Below, one piece after another: positions 18,214 through 28,377 of a DNA stretch of 64,000 bases. The notes under the pieces were generated by a model, which had not been told where the DNA came from, made no database searches, and saw nothing but the letters and a program-made list of their open reading frames with translations. Position 1 is the stretch's first letter, and each line of letters starts with the position of its first letter. The stretch is from Sphingobacteriia bacterium (lineage in GTDB: Bacteria; Bacteroidota; Bacteroidia; NS11-12g; UBA955). The position numbers and the translations under genes were made by a program. The DNA lies in assembly GCA_021151535.1 (NCBI GenBank), contig JAGKXC010000007.1:8434-72433 (forward strand), in the 5' to 3' direction.

Positions 18214-21156
18214 ATGAAAAAAGTACTTGTAGTTATTTTTGGACTAATGAGCTTGGGCATACATGCTCAGCAGCGCATTGGCGGTTATTCGCAAGAAAAG
18301 TCTGCAAACTGGGTAATGACGCGTTACGTTGGAGACCCATTGGCTGTGCGTGAGTACAAGTTCAACAATGGATTAACGTTAATTACTAGTAATCAAAGTA
18401 GTACAAAGCGTGTGTACACAATGGTTGCGGTGAGGACGGGTTCTAAGAATGATCCAAAAACAAATACGGGTTTGGCTCATTATTTAGAGCACATGTTGTT
18501 TAAAGGAACGGACAAATACGGTACGTTGAATTGGGAGAAGGAGAAGCCATTATTGGCTCAAATTGATGCTTTGTATGAGAAGTACAATGTTACTACTGAT
18601 CCTGTGCAGCGCAAGTTGATTTATCGCGCGATTGATAGTGTGAGTGGATTGGCTGCAAAATGGGCGATTGCCAATGAATATGATAAAATGTGTGGTGCAT
18701 TGGGTGCGGAAGGAACCAATGCGTTTACTTCTAATGATATGACGGTTTATGTAAACGACATTCCAAACAACAAGATTCCTGCTTGGTTGGCGTTGGAATC
18801 GGAGCGATTTAGAAATCCGATTTTGCGTTTGTTTCATACAGAGTTAGAGGCGGTTTATGAGGAGAAGAATATTGGAATGGACCGTGAGGACGATAAAGTT
18901 TGGGAGACATTGTACGGCGAGTTATTTAAGAAGCATAATTATGGATTGCAGACTACCATTGGCACGGTTGAGCATTTGAAAAACCCGAGTTTGGTGGCCA
19001 TTCGTGAGTATTACAATAAGTATTATGTGGCGAACAACATGGCAATTATTATGAGTGGAGATTTCAATCCAGATTCGGTTGCTGCGGATGTTTGGAAGCA
19101 ATTCTCTAAGATGCGCACAGGTGATGTACCCTCTTATGTTTATGAGTGGGAAGATTTAAGAAATGTTGAGAGAACCTTTGATGTATCTGGACCTAAGGCT
19201 GAGTATGTAACAATTGGTTACAGAATTCCTGGAGCTGGAACGAAAGAGGCAAGAATTGCCAATATGATATCCATGTTGTTGAGCAATAGTACTGCTGGTT
19301 TATTGGATTTGGATTTGGTACAAAAGCAAATGGTGATGGGTGCTTCGGCGGGCATTGACCAAATGAATGATTATGGTGTTTTTGTGTTGATGGGCAATCC
19401 GCAGGAGGGTCAAACATTGGATTCGGTAAAGAATCTGTTGTTGATGGAAATGGAAAAAATTCGCAAGGGCGATTTTGACGAGAACTTATTGAAAGCAATT
19501 GTTTTAAACGCGGATATTGATCGTTTGAAAAGCTTCAAAAACAATGATGATAGAACCAGATTTTTGATGCAGGCCTTTATTAATGGTATGGATTACAGAG
19601 ATGCGTTTAACGAGTTGTGGGATATGTCGCAAATGACCAAAGAAAACATTGTTGACATGGCCAATGAATATTTGAATGCAGACAGGGTTGTGATTTATAA
19701 GCGAAAAGGGGAGTTGAGCAAGGGCAATAAAATTGAGAAGCCACAGATTTCGCCGGTTGAATTAAACCGTGATAAGAGAAGTGCTTTCGTGGATAATTGG
19801 CTTAAGATACCGGCAAAAGAAGTATCGCCTACAATTATTGATTTAAATAAAGAAATTCAGAAAATTGTTGTAGCTAATGGCACTACGGAGGTGCGATATG
19901 TTAAGAACTCGAGCAATCGTTTGTTTAGGGTTGCTTACAGATACGACAAAGGCACCTGGGCAAATCCTGACCTAACTATTTTGAGTAATTACATGGAATA
20001 TGCGGGTGGCGCAGGAATGTCGGCGGGCGATATCAGCATGAAGATGTACAAAATGGGTTGCAGTTACAGGGTAGTTACAAGTAGTTTATACACGGATGTT
20101 GTGATTGAGGGGCCTGAGGAGAGTTATGATGCGGCTACGAGTTTGGTGAGCAGCATTTGGGGCAATGTGGAATTGAATGAGGGAATTTTAAAGCAATTGA
20201 TTGGCGATATGATTAAGGCCAGAGAGGATGCAAAATCAGATCCAGCGATAATCAGAAGGATGCTAGCGCAGTATGCGATTTACGGAGCGAAGAATCCGAT
20301 GACCAATGTTAGAAGCACGTCTTATTTGAAGGCGATGAAAGTGGCGAGAATCAAGGAATTGATTAATGAATTAAAGAAAACTCCGATGCGTGTAGAATAC
20401 TATGGCAGTAGGGATTTTAATTTGGTGGCAAAAGAAGTGGGCGCTGGCATTTTCCCATTAACGATGGTAAAGCCACAAGCAGGTGTGAGGCCTGAGATGA
20501 CAATGTTTACCATGGCGGATCAGAAAGAGAGAATGGTGTATTTTGTAGATTACAAGCAAGTTCAGGCACATGTAAATTGGTGGCATAAGGGTTTGGTTTC
20601 TTCTGAATCTCAGGAGGCTAGAATTAATATGTTTAATCAGTATTTTGGTGGTGACATGAGTAGTGTTGTTTTCCAGAATATCCGTGAGGCGAAGGCGTTG
20701 GCTTACAGCACTTATTGTTTTGTGAGGGTACCTGATTATGCAGGTCAGCATGTGGGCATAATGGGATTTGTGGGAACGCAAGCTGATAAGATTCATGATG
20801 CAATTGGGGCGATGGAGGAATTAATGAATAAGATGCCTTTGGATACAGGGGTTTACAACTTGGCGAAGCAGAGTTTAATTAACCGATTGAATACCAATGT
20901 TATTGAGCCAGAATCTTATTTGGGCATGTATCAATATTTGGTAAATAAAGGATTTAGTGTTGTGATGCCCAGTGAGAACGAGCGAAAAATTGTAAATATT
21001 ACTATGGACGATATCAAGAAATTCCATCAAGAGGAGTTGATTAATAAGCCTTGGGCGATGAGTGTTGTGGCTGATAAAGAGAAGGTAAAAAAATCAGATT
21101 TAGCTAAATACGGTAAGGTTGTTGAGTTAAGTTTGACAGAGATTTTTGGATATTAA
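18214..21156 (+). CDS. M16-family zinc peptidase (insulinase-like, two-unit about 980 aa)
   Basis: Signal peptide MKKVLVVIFGLMSLGIHAQ; inverted zinc motif HYLEHMLFKGT; start taken at ATG 18214. Confidence 0.85.
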   Translation: MKKVLVVIFGLMSLGIHAQQRIGGYSQEKSANWVMTRYVGDPLAVREYKFNNGLTLITSNQSSTKRVYTMVAVRTGSKNDPKTNTGLAHYLEHMLFKGTDKYGTLNWEKEKPLLAQIDALYEKYNVTTDPVQRKLIYRAIDSVSGLAAKWAIANEYDKMCGALGAEGTNAFTSNDMTVYVNDIPNNKIPAWLALESERFRNPILRLFHTELEAVYEEKNIGMDREDDKVWETLYGELFKKHNYGLQTTIGTVEHLKNPSLVAIREYYNKYYVANNMAIIMSGDFNPDSVAADVWKQFSKMRTGDVPSYVYEWEDLRNVERTFDVSGPKAEYVTIGYRIPGAGTKEARIANMISMLLSNSTAGLLDLDLVQKQMVMGASAGIDQMNDYGVFVLMGNPQEGQTLDSVKNLLLMEMEKIRKGDFDENLLKAIVLNADIDRLKSFKNNDDRTRFLMQAFINGMDYRDAFNELWDMSQMTKENIVDMANEYLNADRVVIYKRKGELSKGNKIEKPQISPVELNRDKRSAFVDNWLKIPAKEVSPTIIDLNKEIQKIVVANGTTEVRYVKNSSNRLFRVAYRYDKGTWANPDLTILSNYMEYAGGAGMSAGDISMKMYKMGCSYRVVTSSLYTDVVIEGPEESYDAATSLVSSIWGNVELNEGILKQLIGDMIKAREDAKSDPAIIRRMLAQYAIYGAKNPMTNVRSTSYLKAMKVARIKELINELKKTPMRVEYYGSRDFNLVAKEVGAGIFPLTMVKPQAGVRPEMTMFTMADQKERMVYFVDYKQVQAHVNWWHKGLVSSESQEARINMFNQYFGGDMSSVVFQNIREAKALAYSTYCFVRVPDYAGQHVGIMGFVGTQADKIHDAIGAMEELMNKMPLDTGVYNLAKQSLINRLNTNVIEPESYLGMYQYLVNKGFSVVMPSENERKIVNITMDDIKKFHQEELINKPWAMSVVADKEKVKKSDLAKYGKVVELSLTEIFGY

Positions 21157-21172
21157 AATTAGTATAATGCAT

Positions 21173-21207
21173 AAAAAAACCGCAGGGAATTTACCTGCGG
21201 TTTTTTT
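21173..21207. terminator. bidirectional rho-independent terminator between convergent M16 peptidase and CpsB genes
   Basis: A-run, CCGCAGG-gaattta-CCTGCGG, T-run. Confidence 0.65.
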
Positions 21208-21243
21208 GTTTAAATATGTTTTCAACGAAACAAGTTGTAGAGA

Positions 21244-21948
21244 TTATTTATGTGAAAGACTTTCGAAAAGTTGATCGTTCTTTAGGTTGTATTGTTTGTA
21301 AAAATCTGCAAGTGATTCTTTGGTAAAGAAGCTTTTCAAAGCTTCTAAATGGCGTTCATGGTGCAAGTCTGTGCAAGCATAATCGTATAGTCCACTTTTC
21401 AACAGGTGCTGAGTAACCTTTTGTACGCCTTTTCCATAATAAGGGGTAACAGATAACAAGTTTAATTGGAATTCAAATCCTAGATCCTTTAGGTATTCGA
21501 AATAGGGCAGGTTATTATGGTAGTAGATGTATCTTTCTGGGTGAGCGAGTATAGGTTCAAATCCTTGAATTTGTAGTTCAAACGTAACGTGTTCAAGGTG
21601 GGTAGGTTTTTGGATATAGCTAAATTCAGTAAGGATTTTGTTGGAAGAGAAAGTTAGAAGAGGTTCTTTTTTATTGATAAGAGAAATAAAAACATCATCG
21701 ATCATGTATTCGGCGATGTAGTTGTAGTTGATGGCGAAATTATTATCTTTTGCGAAATTATTGAGGATTTGTGCTGCTTGGCCGATGGTATCGGGATTAT
21801 TTGGATGTGTATCTGCAATTATATGTGGGCTGCAATAGAAGTCTGTAAAACCTAATTCTATTAAACCTTGGGTAAGTTGGATAGAGGTTTCCGGATTAGG
21901 TGAACCATCATCTATACCGGGTAGGAGGTGGTTATGAAAATCAAGCAT
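21244..21948 (-). CDS. CpsB/CapC-type PHP-domain tyrosine-protein phosphatase
   Basis: MLDFHNHLLPGIDDGS...CSPHII PHP-domain signature. Confidence 0.8.
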   Translation of the reverse strand: MLDFHNHLLPGIDDGSPNPETSIQLTQGLIELGFTDFYCSPHIIADTHPNNPDTIGQAAQILNNFAKDNNFAINYNYIAEYMIDDVFISLINKKEPLLTFSSNKILTEFSYIQKPTHLEHVTFELQIQGFEPILAHPERYIYYHNNLPYFEYLKDLGFEFQLNLLSVTPYYGKGVQKVTQHLLKSGLYDYACTDLHHERHLEALKSFFTKESLADFYKQYNLKNDQLFESLSHK

Positions 21949-22293
21949 TACGCAAATTTAGTTGGTTGGATATGGATGATGAATTGTGAAGATAGTGAAA
22001 TATGATATGTTTTTGATAAAATGCCACAATATTGATTGAATACATACATTTTTTCTACCACTTTGAGTGGTAGGGGTTTGTTGTTGAATAATTAAGGTAA
22101 TGGAACATACGGCGTTATGAAAATGTTTGTTAAAAGTAAAAAGGGTGAATTTTCGTCGAATTTTTTATACTTAAACGTTTAAAATTGTTGGATTTAGGTT
22201 GAAACCTTATATTTTCGAAAGGTTAGATTCAAAAACAATGTTTAAATATGACGTTGTTTAATTGTTGAATTTAATAAATTAAGAAGAAACAAA

Positions 22294-23526
22294 ATGAATA
22301 CAAGAAAATTTCAAATTGTGGCATTGTTAGCATTTGTAGGCACAGGCGCTTGGTTTTTATCAAGTTGTGAGGATACAAATGTGATTACAACAAATGAATT
22401 GTCAACGCCAAAATTGTCAGCTTTTCCTGCCAATTATTCAACGGGCTCAATTTTGGGTGGCACTTTTAATATTAAAGATATTCTAAAGAACAATGCTTTT
22501 AATAAAACTGGCGGTTTTGGTGGTGTGTTCATCGATCCTGGTTTTGGCGCAGCAGATCCTGAGTTAATGCAAGCTGCTGATTTGTATAGCGATGCTTCTG
22601 TAGAATTGGGAAGAGTGTTGTTTTACGACAAGAAATTAAGTTTGAACAATACGATTGCTTGTGGATCTTGTCACGTACAATCTGCGGCTTTCAGTGATAA
22701 AATGCCATTTAGTGTTGGTTTTGGCGGACAGAAGACCACCAGAAACAGTATGGCAATTTGCAATCCTGTTTTCTTGAATAACATGTTCTGGGATTCTCGC
22801 GCTGCAGGTTCATTGGATTTGAGCACAAGACCGGTTTTCAATCACATTGAAATGGGAATGGAGAATGACGAAATGTTGGAGAGCAAATTGGCTGCAACTT
22901 CTTATTATCCTGAATTATTCTTGAAAGCATATGGCGATAGCAAAGTTACAAGAGGTAGAATTTCAATGTCGATTTCTCACTTCTTGTCAGCTATGGTTAC
23001 TGGTAATTCTAAATTTGACCAAGCACAACAAGGATCTATTGGTGGTGCTACAGCTCAGTTTACTGATTTAGAGAAAATGGGTATGGATTTGTTCTTCAGC
23101 GATAGAGCACGTTGTTCTAGATGTCATAATGGTCAAAACTTCTCTGCGCCTGATGATCCAGGAAGAGGTGGATATGGTGCACCTACTGTTAAAGGTACTG
23201 CTAATATTGGTTTAGAGAGAATTTACAAAGACAATGGCAAGGAGAATGGAAAATTCAGAATTCCTAGTTTGAGAAACGTTGAATTAAGCGGACCTTATAT
23301 GCATGACGGTCGTTTTGCCACTTTGGAACAGGTGATTGATCATTACAGCAGAGGCATTCAGCCACATGCTCATTTAGATGAGAATTTGAAGGACAACCAA
23401 GGCAATCCGATTAAGTTAAACTTTACGGATCAAGAGAAGGAGGCTTTGTTGGCTTTCTTAAGAACCTTGACGGATTATAGTTTCTTGCAAGACAAGAGAT
23501 TCAGCAATCCATTCATTAACAATTAA
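22294..23526 (+). CDS. di-haem cytochrome c peroxidase family lipoprotein
   Basis: Lipobox FLSSC; two CxxCH haem motifs (CGSCH, CSRCH); conserved YMHDGRFATLEQVIDHY. Confidence 0.85.
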   Translation: MNTRKFQIVALLAFVGTGAWFLSSCEDTNVITTNELSTPKLSAFPANYSTGSILGGTFNIKDILKNNAFNKTGGFGGVFIDPGFGAADPELMQAADLYSDASVELGRVLFYDKKLSLNNTIACGSCHVQSAAFSDKMPFSVGFGGQKTTRNSMAICNPVFLNNMFWDSRAAGSLDLSTRPVFNHIEMGMENDEMLESKLAATSYYPELFLKAYGDSKVTRGRISMSISHFLSAMVTGNSKFDQAQQGSIGGATAQFTDLEKMGMDLFFSDRARCSRCHNGQNFSAPDDPGRGGYGAPTVKGTANIGLERIYKDNGKENGKFRIPSLRNVELSGPYMHDGRFATLEQVIDHYSRGIQPHAHLDENLKDNQGNPIKLNFTDQEKEALLAFLRTLTDYSFLQDKRFSNPFINN

Positions 23527-23545
23527 GATAATTCATTGAAATAGT

Positions 23546-23576
23546 AAAAGAGCCGCTTTATGCGGCTCTTTTTTTG
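23546..23576 (+). terminator. rho-independent terminator after the cytochrome c peroxidase gene
   Basis: GAGCCGC-tttat-GCGGCTC perfect hairpin followed by T7. Confidence 0.65.
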
Positions 23577-23604
23577 CGTTTACTTTTTGGTATCTTCGCT
23601 GCAG

Positions 23605-24726
23605 GTGAAACAGACAGTATTTATTCCATCAGGTGCGGGCGCGCCGGGTTTTGCGGGGATTTGTAAGGAGTTGCAACAATTGGGTGGCTATCGCGTAGTT
23701 GCGGGCGACATGCGTACTGGGGTTTACGGTGCATCCTTAGCGGATGAATTTGTTGTGATGCCGAGTAGTATGGATGAGGGGTATGTGGAGGCGGTGATTA
23801 GGAATGCCAAGGAGTTTGCGGCAGGGGTGATATTACCTATTACCACCGCCGAGTTGATGGTATTATCAAAAAACCGAAAGCAGATTGAGGAAAGTACGGG
23901 CGCAACGGTGATAGTAAGTGAAATAAATGGGTTGGAAATTGCGAACAACAAGGGCAGGCTTTACGAGTTTTGTGAAGAAAACGGATTTCGGGTTCCGGCA
24001 TTTGATATTGTTAGTAATTGTTCTGAATTTGAAGATGCTTGTTCAACGCTAGGGATATCTCATCGCGATTTATGTTTTAAACCTGTGATAGGAAATGGGA
24101 GTAGGGGTTTTGGCTTGGTCAGTCAATCGGTGAATGATAATTGGTTGGTTGAAAAGGCGGGATTGTTGGCGTTGGATGTAGATGAATGGAAAAAGCGATT
24201 GCCTGATGGGCAATTTGAAAACGATTTGTTGCTCAGTGTTTATTTGCCGGGCATTGAGTTTTCGATTGATATGTTATGTGAAAATGGGAAGGTTTTGAAA
24301 TGTTTTCCCAGAAGTAGAGATAAGATGATAGGTGGAATTAGTGTTGCAGGAACATGGATGAGAGAGGAAAAATTGATGGGTGATTGTGTGGCATTGGCGG
24401 GTGCGTTAGGCCTTCATGGTGTAATCGGTATGCAGTGGAAAATGGGTGTTGACGGTGAATTGTATTTATTAGAAATCAATCCCAGGTTACAAGGTACAAC
24501 ATGCGCACTAAATTTAGTGGGCGAACATTTAGCTGTTGATACGGTAAATATGGCTTTAGGAAAGAGGGTTGATGAGATGGAGGGAATGGAAACATTTTAT
24601 GCTAACAACGGGGAAATGGATATAAATTATATAGAAGGTGCAACGTTGGAATCGCCCGTGGGTAAGAAAACCTTTCAAGGGTGGGGTAAATCATTTGTTC
24701 GGTTTTGGGAAGAGCGGTTGCTGTGA
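23605..24726 (+). CDS. ATP-grasp domain protein (carbamoyl-phosphate-synthase-like carboxylate-amine ligase fold)
   Basis: LLEINPRLQGTT and preceding ATP-grasp blocks. The ORF-track ATG at 23560 lies inside the terminator hairpin; a GTG at 23605 (KQTVFIPSGAGAPG) is the likelier start. Confidence 0.65.
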   Translation: MKQTVFIPSGAGAPGFAGICKELQQLGGYRVVAGDMRTGVYGASLADEFVVMPSSMDEGYVEAVIRNAKEFAAGVILPITTAELMVLSKNRKQIEESTGATVIVSEINGLEIANNKGRLYEFCEENGFRVPAFDIVSNCSEFEDACSTLGISHRDLCFKPVIGNGSRGFGLVSQSVNDNWLVEKAGLLALDVDEWKKRLPDGQFENDLLLSVYLPGIEFSIDMLCENGKVLKCFPRSRDKMIGGISVAGTWMREEKLMGDCVALAGALGLHGVIGMQWKMGVDGELYLLEINPRLQGTTCALNLVGEHLAVDTVNMALGKRVDEMEGMETFYANNGEMDINYIEGATLESPVGKKTFQGWGKSFVRFWEERLL

Positions 24727-24820
24727 ATGTAACTTGTGGTAAGGTTTCTAAGAAGGAGAATCGCGTGGCAAATTGAACCTTAACGTTCAAGTTTAGTATG
24801 ATTATAAATTTTATAAGGGG

Positions 24821-24853
24821 TGGTTGTTAAAAAGTTAAGTTTGGTTATCTTTG
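24821..24853 (+). promoter_or_regulatory. Bacteroidota sigma-A type promoter (-33 TTG, -7 TATCTTTG)
   Basis: TTG at 24824-24826 and TAnnTTTG match at 24846-24853, 19 nt apart, 8 nt upstream of the small-ORF ATG. Confidence 0.35.
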
Positions 24854-24860
24854 CCTCATT

Positions 24861-25016
24861 ATGACAGAGAAGAAACGCAACACCACCGGCTATTGGATTT
24901 TGTGCCTGGTTAGCGCTTTGGCCCTAACTTATTTCACACTTTTCTTGCCTCAGGCATTTTGGTTGGGCTTACCCACTTTCTTTGGTGGATTGGCTATGGC
25001 CATGGATTGGGTATAA
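24861..25016 (+). CDS. unannotated 51-aa predicted two-helix membrane peptide
   Basis: ATG...TAA ORF MTEKKRNTTGYWILCLVSALALTYFTLFLPQAFWLGLPTFFGGLAMAMDWV, preceded by the promoter-like motif; below the 60-aa ORF-track cutoff. Confidence 0.3.
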   Translation: MTEKKRNTTGYWILCLVSALALTYFTLFLPQAFWLGLPTFFGGLAMAMDWV

Positions 25017-25091
25017 TCGTTTTAATTCATTTTACTGCATCGCCAGTCTTTGAAAAGGGATTGGGCGGTGTTTTATTGCAAAAACAAAATT

Positions 25092-26051
25092 ATGGCAAAC
25101 ACAAACTGGTTTGATTTCGAAAAAGACATTGTAGCTTTAATCGAGCAACTGGAGAAAACCAAGGAAACCCACGAAAAGGGCAAATTGGATATGTCTGATA
25201 TGATTGCTTCACTTGAGCAAAAGATTCAAGAAGCTAAGGAGCATACTTATTCTCAACTTACGGGTTGGCAGAAGGTGCAAATTAGCCGTCACCCAAACAG
25301 ACCTTATTCATTGGATTACATTGAGAATATTGCCACCAATTTTACGGAATTGCATGGTGATAGACATGTAAAGGACGATAAAGCGATTGTTGGTGGATTT
25401 GCGCAAATTGATGGAAAGCCGGTGATGATTATCGGTCAGCAGAAGGGAAGAAATACCAAAGAACGTCAGTTAAGAAATTTCGGCATGCCAAATCCTGAGG
25501 GATATCGCAAGGCATTGAGGTTGATGAAGTTGGCGGAAAAGTTTAACGTTCCGGTTGTAACCTTGATTGATACGCCGGGTGCATCGCCGGGATTGGAAGC
25601 AGAAGAAAGAGGACAGGGCGAGGCAATTGCGAAGAATTTGATGGAAATGAGTGTATTGAGGGTGCCTGTAATTTGTATTGTAATAGGAGAAGGTGCGAGT
25701 GGCGGTGCATTGGGTATTGGTGTTGGCGATAAGGTGTTGATGATGCAGTACACTTGGTACAGTGTAATATCACCAGAAAGTTGCAGCAGTATTCTTTGGA
25801 GAACTTGGGACAAAAAAGAAATTGCAGCAGATGCTTTGAAATTATCTGCCAACGATATGATGGGTAATGGTTTAGTAGATGGCATTATCCCTGAACCTTT
25901 GGGCGGTGCACACCATGATCCTGAAGTTGCATATACAAATATCAAAGAGGCCATTTTGAGAGAGCTTACTGCTTTGGAAAAAATGGATGCTGATGATAGA
26001 ATCATGAAGAGAATTGAGAAATTCTCAGGCATGGGCGTAGTTGTTGAATAA
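25092..26051 (+). CDS. accA: acetyl-CoA carboxylase carboxyltransferase subunit alpha
   Basis: [19 protein letters not shown] and [21 protein letters not shown]; start at ATG 25092. Confidence 0.9.
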   Translation: MANTNWFDFEKDIVALIEQLEKTKETHEKGKLDMSDMIASLEQKIQEAKEHTYSQLTGWQKVQISRHPNRPYSLDYIENIATNFTELHGDRHVKDDKAIVGGFAQIDGKPVMIIGQQKGRNTKERQLRNFGMPNPEGYRKALRLMKLAEKFNVPVVTLIDTPGASPGLEAEERGQGEAIAKNLMEMSVLRVPVICIVIGEGASGGALGIGVGDKVLMMQYTWYSVISPESCSSILWRTWDKKEIAADALKLSANDMMGNGLVDGIIPEPLGGAHHDPEVAYTNIKEAILRELTALEKMDADDRIMKRIEKFSGMGVVVE

Positions 26052-26995
26052 TGAACAACCGAATAACTCAACTATTTGGTATTGAATACCCCATTATTCA
26101 AGGTGGGATGATTTGGTGCAGTGGTTGGGAATTGGCAAGTGCTGTTTCCGAGGCAGGCGGTTTGGGCTTGATAGGAAGTGGGAGTATGTATCCTGAAATA
26201 CTAAGGGATCAGATTCGCAAATGCAAGGCGGCAACACAAAAGCCATTTGGCGTGAATGTGCCTTTACTTTATCCGAATATTGAAGATCATTTACAGATTA
26301 TTGTAGAGGAAGGGGTAAAAATTGTATTTACCAGTGCGGGCAATCCTGCAAAGTACACCAGTTGGTTAAAAGAGCGTGGAATTACTGTGGTGCATGTGGT
26401 TGCTAATTTGAAGTTTGCAAAGAAGTGTGAAGAGGCGGGTGTTGATGCCATTGTTGCAGAGGGTTTTGAGGCCGGTGGACATAATGGCCGGGAGGAAACA
26501 ACTACTTTGTGTTTGATACCGATGGTAAAAGAACAAGTAAAGTTGCCTTTGATTGCTGCAGGTGGTATTGGATCCGGCGAAGCGATGGCGGCTGTATTTT
26601 GTTTGGGCGCGGAGGGTGTACAAGTTGGAAGCAGATTTGCGGCAACCAAAGAAAGTAGTGCTCATGAGGCATTTAAAAATGCCATTATTGCTGCTAGCGA
26701 TGGTTCAACTGCATTAACTTTAAAAGAAATTACACCGGTAAGATTGATCAAGAATGCATTTTATAATCAGGTGCAAGAAATGTATCAAAAAGGTGCATCA
26801 GTAGAAGAATTACAAACATTATTGGGCCGGGGCAGAGCCAAGAAGGGCATGTTTGAAGGCGATATGGAAGAAGGGGAGTTAGAGATTGGGCAGGTTTCAG
26901 CTATTATTCATGATATTCCAACAGCTGGTGAAGTTGTGAAACAGATGATGACAGGTTTTGAGACGGTGGTAAATCGTTTTAAGTCGGAATTTTAA
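26051..26995 (+). CDS. nitronate-monooxygenase-family NAD(P)H flavin oxidoreductase (FabK-like enoyl-ACP reductase II candidate)
   Basis: [20 protein letters not shown]...GLGLIG N-terminus typical of the NMO/FabK family; adjacent to accA. Confidence 0.7.
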   Translation: MNNRITQLFGIEYPIIQGGMIWCSGWELASAVSEAGGLGLIGSGSMYPEILRDQIRKCKAATQKPFGVNVPLLYPNIEDHLQIIVEEGVKIVFTSAGNPAKYTSWLKERGITVVHVVANLKFAKKCEEAGVDAIVAEGFEAGGHNGREETTTLCLIPMVKEQVKLPLIAAGGIGSGEAMAAVFCLGAEGVQVGSRFAATKESSAHEAFKNAIIAASDGSTALTLKEITPVRLIKNAFYNQVQEMYQKGASVEELQTLLGRGRAKKGMFEGDMEEGELEIGQVSAIIHDIPTAGEVVKQMMTGFETVVNRFKSEF

Positions 26996-27137
26996 TACTG
27001 TATCGAAGCGCGCAGAGTGCATCGCCCGAGGATGAAGTACTGAAAATACAATTCACTAAAAATTGATGGATTCATTGAGAAATACTCGTTAATATTGAAG
27101 TCTAAAAGCAGGAACTGTGGATCAAGAGGCTAATAAA

Positions 27138-27722
27138 ATGGAAGTCGGAGGTATGATGGAAACCAAGGGTGATTCTATTTTGAAAAATGATTGGCGATTG
27201 GTTTATGTGGCCAGCAGACAGGAGAAAAAGGTTGCTACTTATTTGCAGCAGCGTGGCATTGAGTATTATTTGCCCGTTGTGCGGTCGTTGAGGTATTGGA
27301 AAGACCGGAAGAAGTGGGTTGACATGGTATTGTTTAGCGGATATTTATTTGTTCGACCTACTGAAACGCAGCGCGATCAGGTGTTGTGGTTGCCTGGGGT
27401 TGTTAAATATATTCGATATAACAACCAGGACGCATTTGTTCCCAATGAGCAGATTGAGTTGATACAGCGATTAATAGAGAAGGGGTATCAAATTCAGCAA
27501 TATGAATCTGAAATTCCTTTGGAGCGGGGCGATATTGCGGAGGTTTTGGACGGTCCGTTTAAGGGACAAGAAGTGGAGGTATTTCACAATGAAGAGCAGG
27601 GAGAAACGTTTATTATTGTAACGGTAGAGGCTGCAAATCATAGAATTAAGGTGAATTTACCGAAAGAAGTATTAAAATTGAAGATTAAAGGCAAGGATCG
27701 CCAGGATAAATCGCTATGGTAG
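27138..27722 (+). CDS. UpxY-family (NusG-like) transcription antiterminator
   Basis: NGN domain WRLVYVASRQEKKVATYLQQRGIEYYLP and KOW motif GDIAEVLDGPFKGQEVEV. The ORF-track start at 27117 is GTG; the first ATG is at 27138. Confidence 0.75.
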   Translation: MEVGGMMETKGDSILKNDWRLVYVASRQEKKVATYLQQRGIEYYLPVVRSLRYWKDRKKWVDMVLFSGYLFVRPTETQRDQVLWLPGVVKYIRYNNQDAFVPNEQIELIQRLIEKGYQIQQYESEIPLERGDIAEVLDGPFKGQEVEVFHNEEQGETFIIVTVEAANHRIKVNLPKEVLKLKIKGKDRQDKSLW

Positions 27723-28348
27723 GAGACACCATTTTATTATTATCGCCACACACAGACGATGCTGAATTGGGCTGTGGGGCTACAATTTCCAAGTTAATTA
27801 GGCAGGGGAAGAAAGTATATTATGCGGCATTTAGTGCTTGCGAACAGAGTGTATTGCCTGAATTTCCGAAGGATATTTTAATTCATGAGGTGAAGGCTGC
27901 AACTGGGCAGTTAGGGATTTTGCCTGAGAATTTGTTTTTGTATCGGTATGAAGTGAGAACATTCAACTACCGCAGGCAAGAGATTTTGGATGATTTGATT
28001 CAGTTGCGCGAAAAGATAAAGCCGGATACGATTTTGATGCCTTGTTTGCACGATATCCATCAGGATCACAAAACGATGGCGGAAGAGGCATTAAGGGCAT
28101 TTAAGTTTGGCAATATTTTTAGTTATGAGTTGCCGTGGAATAACTTGAATTTCAACACGGCGGCGTTTGAGGTTGTGGAGGAGGAGGATGCCTTAAGAAA
28201 GGTGAAGGCGTTGGATCAGTACAAGAGCCAAGCCCATAGAAGTTACGCCAACGAGGAGTTTTTGAGAAGTCAATTGAGGATGCGCGGTGTACAGATTTCT
28301 AGGCGATATGCTGAGGCATTTGAGGTAGTGAGAATGATATCGGAGTAA
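27716..28348 (+). CDS. PIG-L/LmbE-family N-acetylglucosaminyl deacetylase
   Basis: LLLSPHTDDAELGCGA motif. Confidence 0.75.
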   Translation: MVGDTILLLSPHTDDAELGCGATISKLIRQGKKVYYAAFSACEQSVLPEFPKDILIHEVKAATGQLGILPENLFLYRYEVRTFNYRRQEILDDLIQLREKIKPDTILMPCLHDIHQDHKTMAEEALRAFKFGNIFSYELPWNNLNFNTAAFEVVEEEDALRKVKALDQYKSQAHRSYANEEFLRSQLRMRGVQISRRYAEAFEVVRMISE

Positions 28349-28377
28349 TATTTGGATTTATTCTTAAATTCGCGGAG

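Noticed and set aside
23560-23604. ATG start of the ATP-grasp ORF at 23560
   Set aside because: The ATG sits inside the loop/stem of the peroxidase terminator hairpin (GAGCCGC-tttat-GCGGCTC), and the encoded MRLFFCVYFLVSSL is the poly-T tail read as protein.
25466-26071. 201-aa minus-strand ORF
   Set aside because: Antisense to accA, which carries unmistakable carboxyltransferase motifs.
26287-26665. Two overlapping minus-strand ORFs (120 and 99 aa)
   Set aside because: Antisense shadows within the FabK/NMO-like gene.
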